NCBI GenBank assembly: GCA_963808235.1
Contig: CAWEEQ010000004.1
Span: 160,001 to 224,000 of the forward strand
Direction of reading: 5' to 3'
Source: an uncultured delta proteobacterium
Lineage (GTDB): Bacteria; Desulfobacterota; Binatia; Binatales; Binataceae
Length of the DNA: 64,000 nt
Within the stretch, counting starts at the first letter, position 1. The number at the start of each line of letters is the position of its first letter. Below the pieces are notes generated by a model, which saw only the letters and a program-made list of their open reading frames with translations, was not told the origin of the DNA and did no database searches. Made by a program: the position numbers and the translations under genes. Positions 39,685 through 51,744 of the stretch are shown piece by piece.

Positions 39685-40659
39685 ATGGCATTTCCAATCA
39701 ATCGACCGCGGCGGCTTAGGCGGACCGAGACGATTCGACGCATGGTCCGCGAGACGCGGCTTGCGCCCGACGACTTGATCCTGCCGATGTTCGTGTGCGC
39801 GGGGCGCGGCGTGAAGAAGCCGGTCGAGTCGATGCCGGGGGTCGCGCAGATGTCGGTGGACAATATCGTCGCTGAGGCGCGCGAAACCTGGGCCGCGGGG
39901 GTGCCGGCGGTCATCCTGTTCGGAATTCCCGAACGCAAGGACGCGACCGGCAGCGAGGCGTGGAACGACAACGGCGAGGTGCAGCGCGCGATTCGCGAGA
40001 TCAAGGAACGCGTGCCCGGGATGGCCGTGATCACCGACGTCTGCATGTGCGAGTACACCGACCACGGCCACTGCGGCGCGGTCGTCGGCAGTGACGTCGA
40101 CAACGACGCGACCCTCGAGCTGCTCGTGCGCGAGGCGCTTTCGCATGCCCGCGCGGGCGCGGACATCGTCGCGCCGTCGGACATGATGGACGGTCGAGTC
40201 GGCGCGATTCGCACCGCGCTCGACGGCAACGGCTTCAGCCAGGTCGCGATCATGGCGTACTCGGCGAAGTTCGCGTCGGCATTTTACGGGCCGTTTCGCG
40301 AGGCGGCTGAGTCCGCGCCGAAATTCGGCGACCGCCGTTCCTACCAGATGGATCCGCCCAACGGCGACGAAGCGATGCGCGAGGTCGCCCTCGACCTCGA
40401 CGAAGGCGCCGACATCGTGATGGTTAAGCCGGCGCTGCCGTATCTCGATCTGATCTGGCGCGTGAAGCACGAATTCAACGCGCCGGTCGCCGCATACAAT
40501 GTGTCGGGCGAGTACTCGATGATCCGCGCCGCGGGTATCAACGGATGGATCGACGAGGAACGCGCCACGATGGAAGTGCTGACTTCGATCAAGCGCGCCG
40601 GCGCCGATCTGATCCTCACCTACTTCGCCAAAGACGTCGCTCGCAAACTGCGCGGCTGA
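39685..40659 (+). CDS. hemB: Porphobilinogen synthase
   Basis: [48 protein letters not shown]. Confidence 0.97.
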   Translation: MAFPINRPRRLRRTETIRRMVRETRLAPDDLILPMFVCAGRGVKKPVESMPGVAQMSVDNIVAEARETWAAGVPAVILFGIPERKDATGSEAWNDNGEVQRAIREIKERVPGMAVITDVCMCEYTDHGHCGAVVGSDVDNDATLELLVREALSHARAGADIVAPSDMMDGRVGAIRTALDGNGFSQVAIMAYSAKFASAFYGPFREAAESAPKFGDRRSYQMDPPNGDEAMREVALDLDEGADIVMVKPALPYLDLIWRVKHEFNAPVAAYNVSGEYSMIRAAGINGWIDEERATMEVLTSIKRAGADLILTYFAKDVARKLRG

Positions 40660-40663
40660 ACGA

Positions 40664-41425
40664 TTAAGACTTCGGCTTGAGGTGCGCTTCGTAGTACGGG
40701 CGCATCGAGCGCAACGCGCGCATCTGATGGTACGCGAGCTCGTCGTCGGGGTAGCGATGCTCGGGGCCGAGCACGCATCCGGCGCGCGCGTGGCATCGCG
40801 GGGTGCAATCCGCCTCGACTTCGACGCGATGAGTCAGGCATTTCGGAATGTCCCATCCTGCTTCGATGCTCACCGCGCCGGCCGGACACGCAGGGATGCA
40901 GGTGCGCGCGGTGCATCGCGGACAAGGATCGAAGCCGAGCGCCTCGCCGGGCGAATCGATCTCATCGTCGATCAGAATAGCGGCGCGAAACGCGATCCAC
41001 GGTCCATAAACCGGATGCACCGTGACGCCGAGGATACTCGGACCGGCGATGCCAGCGATTTTCCCGAGCTCGATAAAATTGAGCGTGCGATTGCCGCTCA
41101 TGAAGGGGTACACAATCGTGAATCGAGCAGCCGCAGCGTGCAGCGCTGCGCCGACGTCGCGCTCGACCACTTCGCGAGTGAAGTCGTCGAGCGGATTCTC
41201 ACGATTCCACCATCCGGGATTGCGCGCCGCGTGAGCGTTGAGCGCATTCCATAGCGCGCCACCGCCGTTGCCGATTACTACAATCGAGCGCGCGCGCGGA
41301 TCGATCGGCGCAGCGCGCGAAACTTCGGCGACCGCGTGGTCGTAACGCTCGAGCGGCGTCGCCGCAACCAGGTTGAGGCCGTGCGGCGCGGCGGCGTCGC
41401 GAACGGTTTGCAGAATCGACGGCAC
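40664..41425 (-). CDS. Putative Fe-S protein of QueG/reductive-dehalogenase/CblC-like type
   Basis: ENPLDDFT, VHPVYGPWIAFRAAI, CxxCxxxxCxxxCP and further C-terminal cysteines. Confidence 0.6.
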   Translation of the reverse strand: MPSILQTVRDAAAPHGLNLVAATPLERYDHAVAEVSRAAPIDPRARSIVVIGNGGGALWNALNAHAARNPGWWNRENPLDDFTREVVERDVGAALHAAAARFTIVYPFMSGNRTLNFIELGKIAGIAGPSILGVTVHPVYGPWIAFRAAILIDDEIDSPGEALGFDPCPRCTARTCIPACPAGAVSIEAGWDIPKCLTHRVEVEADCTPRCHARAGCVLGPEHRYPDDELAYHQMRALRSMRPYYEAHLKPKS

Positions 41426-41435
41426 TCGAGAATCT

Positions 41436-42782
41436 CTACGGCAACGCGATCGAGAAGATCACTCCATTGTTACATTTGCCGCCCGCTTCGGTCATCCCGT
41501 AGAGCGTATTGTTCACCAGGATCACGTCGTCAACCGGATTGGCGCCGTCTGAATTGCCGCCCTGGAAATCGTGAACTCGCGCGTAGCCGGTGCCGTCGGT
41601 ATTGATCTGAAAAACTGTGCCCAGGCCCTTCGATCCACCCGCGCGGGTAGTGCCGTAAAGCGTGCTGCCATCGAGCAGCAGCGATCCAAACGGGTTCTCG
41701 CCGTCGTTGGTGCTGCCGCCAAAGCTGTGCATCACGGTGAATCTCATTTTGCTGACATTGAACGAAAAAATGATTCCCGCCCCATTCTGACCGCCGGCGG
41801 TGGTCAAGCCGAACAGCTTTGTTCCGGATTGCACCAACGTGCCGTGGTCGGGACTCGCGCCGTCACCGTTGGACATGCAGCCGGGTTCCGCGCCATGCGG
41901 GCAAGTGAAGGTGTGAAGCGTGGCGAGTGTACCGGAGCACATGGTTAGAGGTGAGCAGGTCCCCAGTTTGAAGGAATACACGATCCCCACGTTGTGTTTG
42001 CCGCCGGTCTGAGTCATGCCGTAAAGGATGGCGCCGGTCGGGTCGAAAATCGGCTGGCCGTGCGGATCGGAGCCGCCCTTTATTCCGCCGAACGAATGAA
42101 GCCGTATGTAGCTGCTGGTCGATGGATCGAACGAGAAGATGGTGCCGTTGCCGACCGGGCCGTTTATATGGCCGCCCTCCGAGGTCATGCCGAACAACAC
42201 GCCGCCACCGCTCAGCGCGAAGGTGCTGGCCGGCATATCGCCGTTGTTCTTCAGCGCGCTTTTGTCGAAAGAGTATAGCTCCGAATATCCGGTTCCGTCG
42301 TCATTGATGCTGAAGATGGTCCCGTTATCGTGCTGCCCGCCGATGAGCGTCGTCCCGTACAAGACAGAGCCGTTGAGCGTCATCGCGTTATGCAAAGGCT
42401 CGCTGCCGTCGGGTTTGGTGCCGGTGAAAAGATGATCGATTGTGTAGCCCGATCCGTTCGGGGCGACATGAAAAATGATACCGTCCCCGTTGCCCTTCGT
42501 TGTCGTGGTGAAGGTGCGTCCGAACAGGAACCCGTTGGCGAAGGTCAGCGATCCTTTCGGGTCCGCGCCGTCGAGATTCGAGCAGGTGGTGTTGGAGCTC
42601 GAGCCGAATCCGAAAGTGTAGACCAGGCTGTCCGCAACAGTCGTGGGCTGCTCGATCGTTGCGGGTTCATCGGAATGCGCGATTGCAGGCGCAATCAGGG
42701 CGACGATCGTGAACGCGAGCGTCGCGGCCAGCGCCGGCAAACATTTACGACAAATAGTCAAGTAAAAACTCATAGGCATCAT
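41436..42782 (-). CDS. Secreted protein with GloVer-type (choice-of-anchor) tandem repeats
   Basis: Signal peptide; repeated LYGTT..GG....GTIF and LHSF....DG..P units. Confidence 0.85.
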   Translation of the reverse strand: MMPMSFYLTICRKCLPALAATLAFTIVALIAPAIAHSDEPATIEQPTTVADSLVYTFGFGSSSNTTCSNLDGADPKGSLTFANGFLFGRTFTTTTKGNGDGIIFHVAPNGSGYTIDHLFTGTKPDGSEPLHNAMTLNGSVLYGTTLIGGQHDNGTIFSINDDGTGYSELYSFDKSALKNNGDMPASTFALSGGGVLFGMTSEGGHINGPVGNGTIFSFDPSTSSYIRLHSFGGIKGGSDPHGQPIFDPTGAILYGMTQTGGKHNVGIVYSFKLGTCSPLTMCSGTLATLHTFTCPHGAEPGCMSNGDGASPDHGTLVQSGTKLFGLTTAGGQNGAGIIFSFNVSKMRFTVMHSFGGSTNDGENPFGSLLLDGSTLYGTTRAGGSKGLGTVFQINTDGTGYARVHDFQGGNSDGANPVDDVILVNNTLYGMTEAGGKCNNGVIFSIALP

Positions 42783-42847
42783 TGTCCACGTTTCTCGCAC
42801 CGACTGCATCAAGCTCGCGTGATTTTTCACATATTTGTCACCGAGGT

Positions 42848-43258
42848 TTACGCGATTTTGTAGGTAACTAACGCGTCGGCGACCAGCGCGCCCGAATCGT
42901 CGACGATCTCTACGCTCAAGCTCGCAATTCGTTTGCCTTTGCGGCGCACCCTCGCGCGCGCGAGCAGGTCGGACTCCGTCGCGAAGCCGGCGTAGTTCAC
43001 GGTCATCGAGACTGTGGCGCTGCGCGTTGTCTCGCTGAGACTCCAAACTGCGGCGCACGCCGCCATATCCGCCAGCGTTGCGATCGCACCGCCGTGGACC
43101 GGCGCCTTCGGTCCTCCCTCGTTTAGGAGGCGCAAGTTGAACGGCATCCGCACCACAGCGTCGCCGTTTGCTGCGGACTCGATCTTGAGGCCAAGCGCGG
43201 TGGAGAAGGGTGCGCTTTCGATTGCGTCGAGGAGGGCGCGGCGATCTGGTGTAGACAT
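42848..43258 (-). CDS. PaaI family thioesterase
   Basis: PFSTALG, VHGGAIATLAD, TVSMTVNY. Confidence 0.9.
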   Translation of the reverse strand: MSTPDRRALLDAIESAPFSTALGLKIESAANGDAVVRMPFNLRLLNEGGPKAPVHGGAIATLADMAACAAVWSLSETTRSATVSMTVNYAGFATESDLLARARVRRKGKRIASLSVEIVDDSGALVADALVTYKIA

Positions 43259-43264
43259 CGCGGG

Positions 43265-43741
43265 TTATCTCCGTCTCGATTTCGACGCCGCCAGCTTGAG
43301 TGCGAGCGACACCGCCTGCACCGGATTGTCGGCGCGGTTCAATCCGTCGATCTCGGGCCACGAGTCGAGCGCGACAATCGGCTTGCCGAATTTTTTCGCG
43401 AAGCCAATCTCCGCGAGCGTGCCGCCCTCGCCGGGCAGCGCGATTACCGCGTCGGCGCTCGCGACGATAACGGCGTTGCGAGCCTCGCCGATGCCGGTCG
43501 CGATCGCGAATTCGATGTGCCGGTTCGCCGCGCCCCGGTCGTAGCCGGGCAGGATGCCGATCGTATGCCCACCTATTTTGCGGGCGCCCGCCGCCGCGTA
43601 TTCCATCACGCCCGTGCGTCCGCCATTCAGCAGCACTGCGCCGCGCCGTGCGATCTCGCACCCCACTTCGAAGGCGAGCCTGCAAATCGCGCGAGGAGCG
43701 TCGCCCGCGCCGATAACTGCCACGACGCGTCGCACCTTCAT
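43265..43741 (-). CDS. TIGR00725/LOG-like (SLOG) protein
   Basis: GGRTGVM, TIGILPG, TGIGEARN, GEGGTLAEI. Confidence 0.9.
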   Translation of the reverse strand: MKVRRVVAVIGAGDAPRAICRLAFEVGCEIARRGAVLLNGGRTGVMEYAAAGARKIGGHTIGILPGYDRGAANRHIEFAIATGIGEARNAVIVASADAVIALPGEGGTLAEIGFAKKFGKPIVALDSWPEIDGLNRADNPVQAVSLALKLAASKSRRR

Positions 43742-43748
43742 CGCGACA

Positions 43749-44513
43749 TCACTCGCGCAGACCGATTCGCGCTGGAAGTTCCGCGAGGTCGCCGATCACG
43801 ATGTCAGGCGCCGGAATTCCTTCCGGCAGTTCGCGATCGCGCCTGCGAATCCACGCGCAATGCATCCCGACTCCCTTGGCGCCCAGCACGTCGTCGTGCG
43901 GAGTATCGCCGACGAACAGTATGTCCGCGGGCTCCAGCTGCATCAGCTGGAGAATTCTTTTGAAGATGAGCGGGTTGGGTTTTCGATATCCGGTATCGGC
44001 CGAGATGATTACGGCGTCGAACAGGTCGCGAATCCCGGTATCCTTCATGATCAGATGGCCGGTTTCGGAATCGTCGAAGTTCGAGATGAGTCCGATCCGC
44101 AAGTGCTTCGCGATTTTTTTCATCGCCTCGATTCTCGTGGCCGGCGCCTTGGTGACTTCGCGAACGCGACTCATGTGAGTCTTGCGCAGATTTTCGGCTA
44201 GCGGCGCTGTTTCATTGTCGTCAAGCCCGAGCTTCCTGAGCGTACGGACGAATCGCTCGAGGCAGGTCACCTCCATCGCGTCGCCGCCGGCACGCTCGGT
44301 GGAAATCTCGTTGAAGACGGCAGCGTGCGCGGTCATGAAACTCTCGCGGTCGAACCGATCCCCGAGCGCCGTCTCGAGCGCGGGAAACAGCAGCGGCATC
44401 GTGCTGCGAAACTCGTGGCCGCGCCATTCGACCATTGGCAGCCCTTCGGGATTCCAGTTAACCAGCGTGTCGAATAGATCGATTACGACCGCTTTGTACC
44501 GAGGCTCACCCAC
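43749..44513 (-). CDS. HAD-family hydrolase
   Basis: IDLFDTL, ISNFD, RKPNPLIF, FVGDTPHDDVLGA. Confidence 0.9.
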   Translation of the reverse strand: MGEPRYKAVVIDLFDTLVNWNPEGLPMVEWRGHEFRSTMPLLFPALETALGDRFDRESFMTAHAAVFNEISTERAGGDAMEVTCLERFVRTLRKLGLDDNETAPLAENLRKTHMSRVREVTKAPATRIEAMKKIAKHLRIGLISNFDDSETGHLIMKDTGIRDLFDAVIISADTGYRKPNPLIFKRILQLMQLEPADILFVGDTPHDDVLGAKGVGMHCAWIRRRDRELPEGIPAPDIVIGDLAELPARIGLRE

Positions 44514-44976
44514 GCGGCGTCAACGCTCCCGACGTGCCGACCACCGCCGCGAGGTTCAACAGCAGCACCGCGCCGTTGAGCATCACCGACATCCGATGCA
44601 GCCGGTCGAACTCGGCTTTGCGCACCGGATCGGGATTCGCTTCCTCGGTGACGGTGCGAATCGCCTCGACTCGCGGGCGAATAATGGCGCCCGCATAGAC
44701 GGTCAGCCCGAGCGCGATTGCGAGCGCCAGCGTCGTGCCGCCCCACCATAGTCGCGGCGTGCGCACTGCCGTGATGTATATCGCCATCACCAGGCTCACG
44801 GAGCCCGCGATGTACCCGAGCAGGTAGTACTGCGGAAAGAGCGCTCGGATCGCCAGCCCGGCTTCCGGGCGCGGCAAGCTCGCGAACACGATTCGAGTCG
44901 TGAAGAAGGAGAAGAAAACGATCCCGCCGAGCCAGCAGGCGAGGGCGACCAGGTAAACGGACAATATTATCAACAT
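44506..44976 (-). CDS. DUF4149/TMEM205-like membrane protein
   Basis: WLGGIVFFSF, LFPQYY, EFDRLHRMSV.LN. Confidence 0.8.
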   Translation of the reverse strand: MLIILSVYLVALACWLGGIVFFSFFTTRIVFASLPRPEAGLAIRALFPQYYLLGYIAGSVSLVMAIYITAVRTPRLWWGGTTLALAIALGLTVYAGAIIRPRVEAIRTVTEEANPDPVRKAEFDRLHRMSVMLNGAVLLLNLAAVVGTSGALTPRG

Positions 44977-45027
44977 TATTTTTCTATCGCGAAAAAATTG
45001 CGCCGCGGTCTCGAGCAGAGTTGCGCG

Positions 45028-45453
45028 CTAGTTGAGCCAGGGCTTGGACGTGCCGGGCAGCGGTTGACGTTCCGCGAAGCCGGCGTCGACGCTATGCCAT
45101 GCGATCACGCGCGACTCTCCGAACTGCCAGCATAGAAAAACGACTTCGTCGCCGGCATCGTACGGAAAGTCGATCAATCCCTGGTCGATATCCTTGAGGA
45201 TGCATCCGAATGATTCGATTTGCCCAGCCGCCTCCGCCATGTTGTTGGTGAACGATCGCAACTCCGGATACTGCCCGACGATCTCGCTGAACTCCGCGTG
45301 CAGAATCGACGGATCGGCGACCGACAACTCCTCGACCCGCGCGCGCAGCGAGGTCGCCTGCATCTGGATCTGACGCATTAGAATTTCCAGGCGCGGAATC
45401 AGCTCGTTGGCTTCTTCCTCGCTGAATAGCTTATCGAATCTAATATTAGGCAA
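45028..45453 (-). CDS. DUF2203 family protein
   Basis: FSEEEANELIP, KDIDQGLIDFP, FLCWQFGE, WH...AGFAERQP. Confidence 0.88.
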   Translation of the reverse strand: MPNIRFDKLFSEEEANELIPRLEILMRQIQMQATSLRARVEELSVADPSILHAEFSEIVGQYPELRSFTNNMAEAAGQIESFGCILKDIDQGLIDFPYDAGDEVVFLCWQFGESRVIAWHSVDAGFAERQPLPGTSKPWLN

Positions 45454-45607
45454 CGTTTTCTCGTAAGTGGCGCCACCCGCCGACCGTGATTACCTTCTGC
45501 TAAGATGGTTACCTTGTCTGCATCGCCACCATATATTACGGTGAATTTTGGGTTGTGTGGAAGCGGGGGATGCGCGGGGTTTCCCTCCCGACGAGGTTCG
45601 GATTCCT

Positions 45608-48037
<2,430 letters not shown>

Positions 48038-48169
48038 CCCACGGTCCCCTCCAAAGGGCTGGGTTTGGAGACTAAACGGAGGGATGGACGCTCCCCGCTT
48101 ACTTAATCTCTCAGAAATGCACGGCCACACTTCTACCTAAGCGGAAAGGATTAAGGGTTTAGCGGGTCG

Positions 48170-49627
48170 GTGAAAATCGCGATTGTTGCCGCCGAAGCGG
48201 CGCCCCATGCCAAAGCCGGAGGGCTTGCCGATGTGATCGGTGCGCTGCCCGGCGCGCTCAAGGCCATCGGACAGGAGCCCGCGCTGATCGTGCCGGGCTA
48301 CGCGTCGATCCTCGGCAGCATCGAGGCGGTCCCGGTCGCGCGCAACCGGTCGATCCGGATGGGCAACCAGGTCGAGCGTTTTTCTGTCCTCGGTGCCGTC
48401 GATCCTCACGGCGTCCCGATGTACCTGATCGAGCATCCGGGATTTTTCGCGCGCGCCGAAATCTACGGCGAACGCGGCAAGGATTATCCCGACAATCTGA
48501 AACGCTTCGTCTTCTTCAGCCGCGCCGCCGCGATGGCCGCGGCCGAGATAGTCCGCCCCGACGTGATGCATGCGCACGATTGGCACGCCGCCGGTGTGCC
48601 GATCGCGATCCGCGCCGACGCGAGCTTGCGCGACAAGTTCAAGGACACGCTCTCGATCTTCACGATTCACAACCTCGCCTTCCAGGGAATCGGCAAGCGT
48701 GAAGACTTCGGGCTGCTCGGCATCGACGCGTCGTACAATTCGGTCGACTACCTGGAATTTTACGGTCACCTGAATCTGATGAAGGGTGCGCTTGTGCTCG
48801 CTGACGGCGCGTCCACTGTGAGTCCGACCTACGCGCGCGAAGTGACCACCGACCCCGAGCTTGGCTTCGGACTCGAAGGCGTGCTGCGCGACAAGGGCGA
48901 TCGCTTTACCGGAATTCTAAACGGCGCCGACTACGAGCAATGGGATCCGGCCATCGACGGCGAAATCGCGGCGCGATACTCGGCTCGAAATCCCGAAGGT
49001 AAGCGGCGATGCACGAGAGCGCTGCGCGAATTGCTGAAGCTGCCCGATCGCAATGACTGCCCGATTGTTGGGATGGTCACGCGGATGACCGCGCAGAAGG
49101 GCGTCGACCTGCTGATGGAGGCTCTGGAAGCCGTGATGCGGCTCGACTTGCAGCTGGTCATGCTGGCGAGCGGCGATCCCGCACTCGAGAAGTTTTTCAA
49201 AGATGCACAGGCGCGATTTCCCCAAAAACTTCGGGTCATCGTTGAGTTCAACGATTCGCTCGCGCATCGCATCCAGGCCGGTAGCGACGCGTTCCTGATG
49301 CCGTCGCGATTCGAGCCGTGCGGACTAACGCAAATGTATGCGCTCCGCTACGGCAGCGCCCCGGTTGTGCGCGCGACCGGAGGTCTCCGCGATACAGTCA
49401 GCGAATTCGACGCCGCAAAGGGAACCGGCAACGGTTTTGTGTTCGAGAAATTCGCCACGGGCGAAATGGTCGCGGCGCTCACTCGCATGACCGCGACCTT
49501 CCGCAATCGCAACGCATGGCAGCGCCTGATGGCCAATTGCTTTGCCTCGGACTTTTCATGGGAGCATGCCGCGCGCCAATACGCCGATTGGTTTTCAAAG
49601 CTCCGCAAAGAGCGCGCGCTCAGCTAG
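48170..49627 (+). CDS. glgA: Glycogen synthase
   Basis: KAGGLADV, HAHDWH, FTIHNLAFQG, MPSRFEPCGLTQ, TGGLRDTV. Confidence 0.96.
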   Translation: MKIAIVAAEAAPHAKAGGLADVIGALPGALKAIGQEPALIVPGYASILGSIEAVPVARNRSIRMGNQVERFSVLGAVDPHGVPMYLIEHPGFFARAEIYGERGKDYPDNLKRFVFFSRAAAMAAAEIVRPDVMHAHDWHAAGVPIAIRADASLRDKFKDTLSIFTIHNLAFQGIGKREDFGLLGIDASYNSVDYLEFYGHLNLMKGALVLADGASTVSPTYAREVTTDPELGFGLEGVLRDKGDRFTGILNGADYEQWDPAIDGEIAARYSARNPEGKRRCTRALRELLKLPDRNDCPIVGMVTRMTAQKGVDLLMEALEAVMRLDLQLVMLASGDPALEKFFKDAQARFPQKLRVIVEFNDSLAHRIQAGSDAFLMPSRFEPCGLTQMYALRYGSAPVVRATGGLRDTVSEFDAAKGTGNGFVFEKFATGEMVAALTRMTATFRNRNAWQRLMANCFASDFSWEHAARQYADWFSKLRKERALS

Positions 49628-49636
49628 AATCCGGCC

Positions 49637-50266
49637 GTGGCCCTTTCGCATCATCACTACCTCGTTTACGGCGACGGCTCCTGTATCGGTAATCCCGGCC
49701 CCGGCGGATGGGGAGTCGTGCTCACCGATCCCGACGGCGGCGTTGCTGAACTAAACGGCCACGATCCGAAGACGACCAACAACCGGATGGAACTGACCGC
49801 CGCGATCGAGGGCCTGCGTGCGACTCCGCCCGAGTCTCACGTGCTGCTCCGCAGCGACAGCCAGTACGTAGTGAAAACGATCACCGACGGATGGAAGCGC
49901 AAAGCCAACCAGGATCTGTGGCTGCTCCTCGACGCGGAACTCGATGCGCGCAACGTCAGATTCGAATGGGTGCGCGGGCACGACACCGATCCGATAAACA
50001 ATCGTGCCGACGAACTCGCCCTCATGGGTGCGCATGGCAAGCTGCTCGCCGACGGCGCATCGCCAAAAAAGGCGCCCGCAAGACGCCCGTCCGCCAGCCG
50101 AACTGCGCGCGCGCGCGCCGAAGAATCAGCGCGACTGGCAGCGATGCTTGAGGATCGCGAATCGATTAAGGATTGTGCCGGATGCGGCGCCAGTTTCGTA
50201 AGCGCGCATGCCGGCGACAACTATTGCTCGCAAGCCCGCTGCCAGCTAAAAGCACGCGTCCGCTAG
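49637..50266 (+). CDS. rnhA: Ribonuclease HI with C-terminal Cys4 zinc-finger-like extension
   Basis: DGSCIGNPGPGG, TTNNRMEL, SDSQY, WVRGH, NNRADELA; tail CAGC...YCSQARC. Confidence 0.92.
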   Translation: MALSHHHYLVYGDGSCIGNPGPGGWGVVLTDPDGGVAELNGHDPKTTNNRMELTAAIEGLRATPPESHVLLRSDSQYVVKTITDGWKRKANQDLWLLLDAELDARNVRFEWVRGHDTDPINNRADELALMGAHGKLLADGASPKKAPARRPSASRTARARAEESARLAAMLEDRESIKDCAGCGASFVSAHAGDNYCSQARCQLKARVR

Positions 50267-50272
50267 TCGCCG

Positions 50273-51043
50273 CTACCAGATCGTCGGGATCAGCGCGTCG
50301 GTCTCGCGCATGTACGCTTCGTACTCTTCGCCGAAACGCTCGAGCATCGCGGCGTCCTCGTCGCGCATCCGCCGATAACAGAAAATCGCACCGATGATGA
50401 AGGTCGCCATCGCGGTTACCGGCGCGCCATACACCAGCGGCCATGACAGCGTCACCAGGAATGTTCCCGCGTAAATCGGATGGCGAATGTAGCGGTAGAA
50501 GCCGCGCTTCACCGGCACTGTGTCCTCGGGATTGCGGCCGGAAGTGAAAAATCCAAGTTGAATTCGCGCGCCCAGCGCCAGCCACATCCCGCACAATTCC
50601 AGCAACAGGCCAAGAGCGCTGAGCCATTGCGGCGCGAGGCCGCCATAAACGTAGGTGCGCTCGAAGGGCGCCGCCGCGAACATCGCGAGCAACGGCAGTT
50701 GCACCCAAATCCGCCGGACCAGTTCCTCGCGCGCAGGCAGGTCGTCCGTATCCTCGCGCACCAGCAAATCGGAAAAGCGAAATCCCGCATACGCCACCAC
50801 GTATGCGAAGACGTAGCGATGCTCGACGAAGTAGGCGGTGATCCCGAGCCCCAAAGCGATCGCGCCGATCACCGCGACCAGAAAAATCGCGGCCTCCGCA
50901 AGGCGCATCGCAAGGCTGCGAATAAAATGCGGCTGCGTAATCTTCACGGCGACGTTGCTCGGGATCGCCGGATTCGGCAGCTTCAATCCGCCAGTCGGTT
51001 TGCGCGGCGGCGGCGGTGCCTCGATGTTCATTTCACTCGCCAT
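50273..51043 (-). CDS. Isoprenylcysteine carboxylmethyltransferase/PEMT family membrane protein
   Basis: GFYRYIRHPIYAG, ERFGEEYEAY, LIP C-terminus. Confidence 0.85.
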   Translation of the reverse strand: MASEMNIEAPPPPRKPTGGLKLPNPAIPSNVAVKITQPHFIRSLAMRLAEAAIFLVAVIGAIALGLGITAYFVEHRYVFAYVVAYAGFRFSDLLVREDTDDLPAREELVRRIWVQLPLLAMFAAAPFERTYVYGGLAPQWLSALGLLLELCGMWLALGARIQLGFFTSGRNPEDTVPVKRGFYRYIRHPIYAGTFLVTLSWPLVYGAPVTAMATFIIGAIFCYRRMRDEDAAMLERFGEEYEAYMRETDALIPTIW

Positions 51044-51310
51044 CTGAATTTAGATGCCACTGTTGCAGATGATTTGATTTTGTCAAAGCGCACTCGCTGG
51101 CAACTGACCTGCCGCAAAATAGCTGCATCGATAGCACTGCTCTAGTTTCGCGAATCAAGAAATTTAACGCGAATCGCAGGTTTGCCCGACTTTAGTCTCG
51201 CAATATGCGATCATAAATAAGTCTTTAGAATTCAAGCTTTTTTCATTTGTTTCGATTTTGTTACGACTACCTAGCGATCCGAATCCTTGTATAATCGCGA
51301 GTTTTTCTCG

Positions 51311-51326
51311 TGGCACAGCCATTGCT
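51311..51326 (+). promoter_or_regulatory. Sigma-54 promoter
   Basis: TGGCACAGCCATTGCT equals the TGGCAC-N5-TTGCW consensus. Confidence 0.8.
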
Positions 51327-51363
51327 TTAGCAGGCATAGCAACTAAGCCGGGAGGCAAAGAAA

Positions 51364-51537
51364 ATGAACGCAACAATCAACGAAGCAAGACTGACCGGAT
51401 TCACCAAGACCACCGAGACCGAAGCATCCGAGGGAACCCGCTATGCGCAGAACAGCCTGCTGAGCGAACTGCCCGGCCTGGTGTTCGGCGTGATCACACT
51501 CGGATACATCGTCAGCTCTTTGCTGGCCTTGGCCTGA
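51364..51537 (+). CDS. 57-aa membrane peptide, paralog 1 (absent from the ORF track)
   Basis: GGGAGG RBS; MNATINEARLTGFTKTTETEASEGTRYAQNSLLSELPGLVFGVITLGYIVSSLLALA. Confidence 0.8.
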   Translation: MNATINEARLTGFTKTTETEASEGTRYAQNSLLSELPGLVFGVITLGYIVSSLLALA

Positions 51538-51570
51538 AAACAGCAAACGAATTTTTTGGGAGGCACTCAA

Positions 51571-51744
51571 ATGAACGCAACTATTAACGAAGCAAGGCTC
51601 GCCGGAATCGGCACGGTTGTTGAGGAATCGAGCAACGAAATGCGTGCAGCGCAGTACAACATTCTGAACGAAGCGCCGGTCGCGATTTTCGGAATCATCA
51701 CCGTCTTCTACATCGTGAGCTCGTTGTTCGCGCTGGTGCACTAG
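51571..51744 (+). CDS. 57-aa membrane peptide, paralog 2
   Basis: GGGAGG RBS; MNATINEARLAGIGTVVEESSNEMRAAQYNILNEAPVAIFGIITVFYIVSSLFALVH. Confidence 0.8.
   Translation: MNATINEARLAGIGTVVEESSNEMRAAQYNILNEAPVAIFGIITVFYIVSSLFALVH

Noticed and set aside
42783-43685. N-terminal 300 aa of the 749-aa ORF
   Set aside because: Overlaps the PaaI and TIGR00725 genes in other frames; the signal peptide places the real start near 42782
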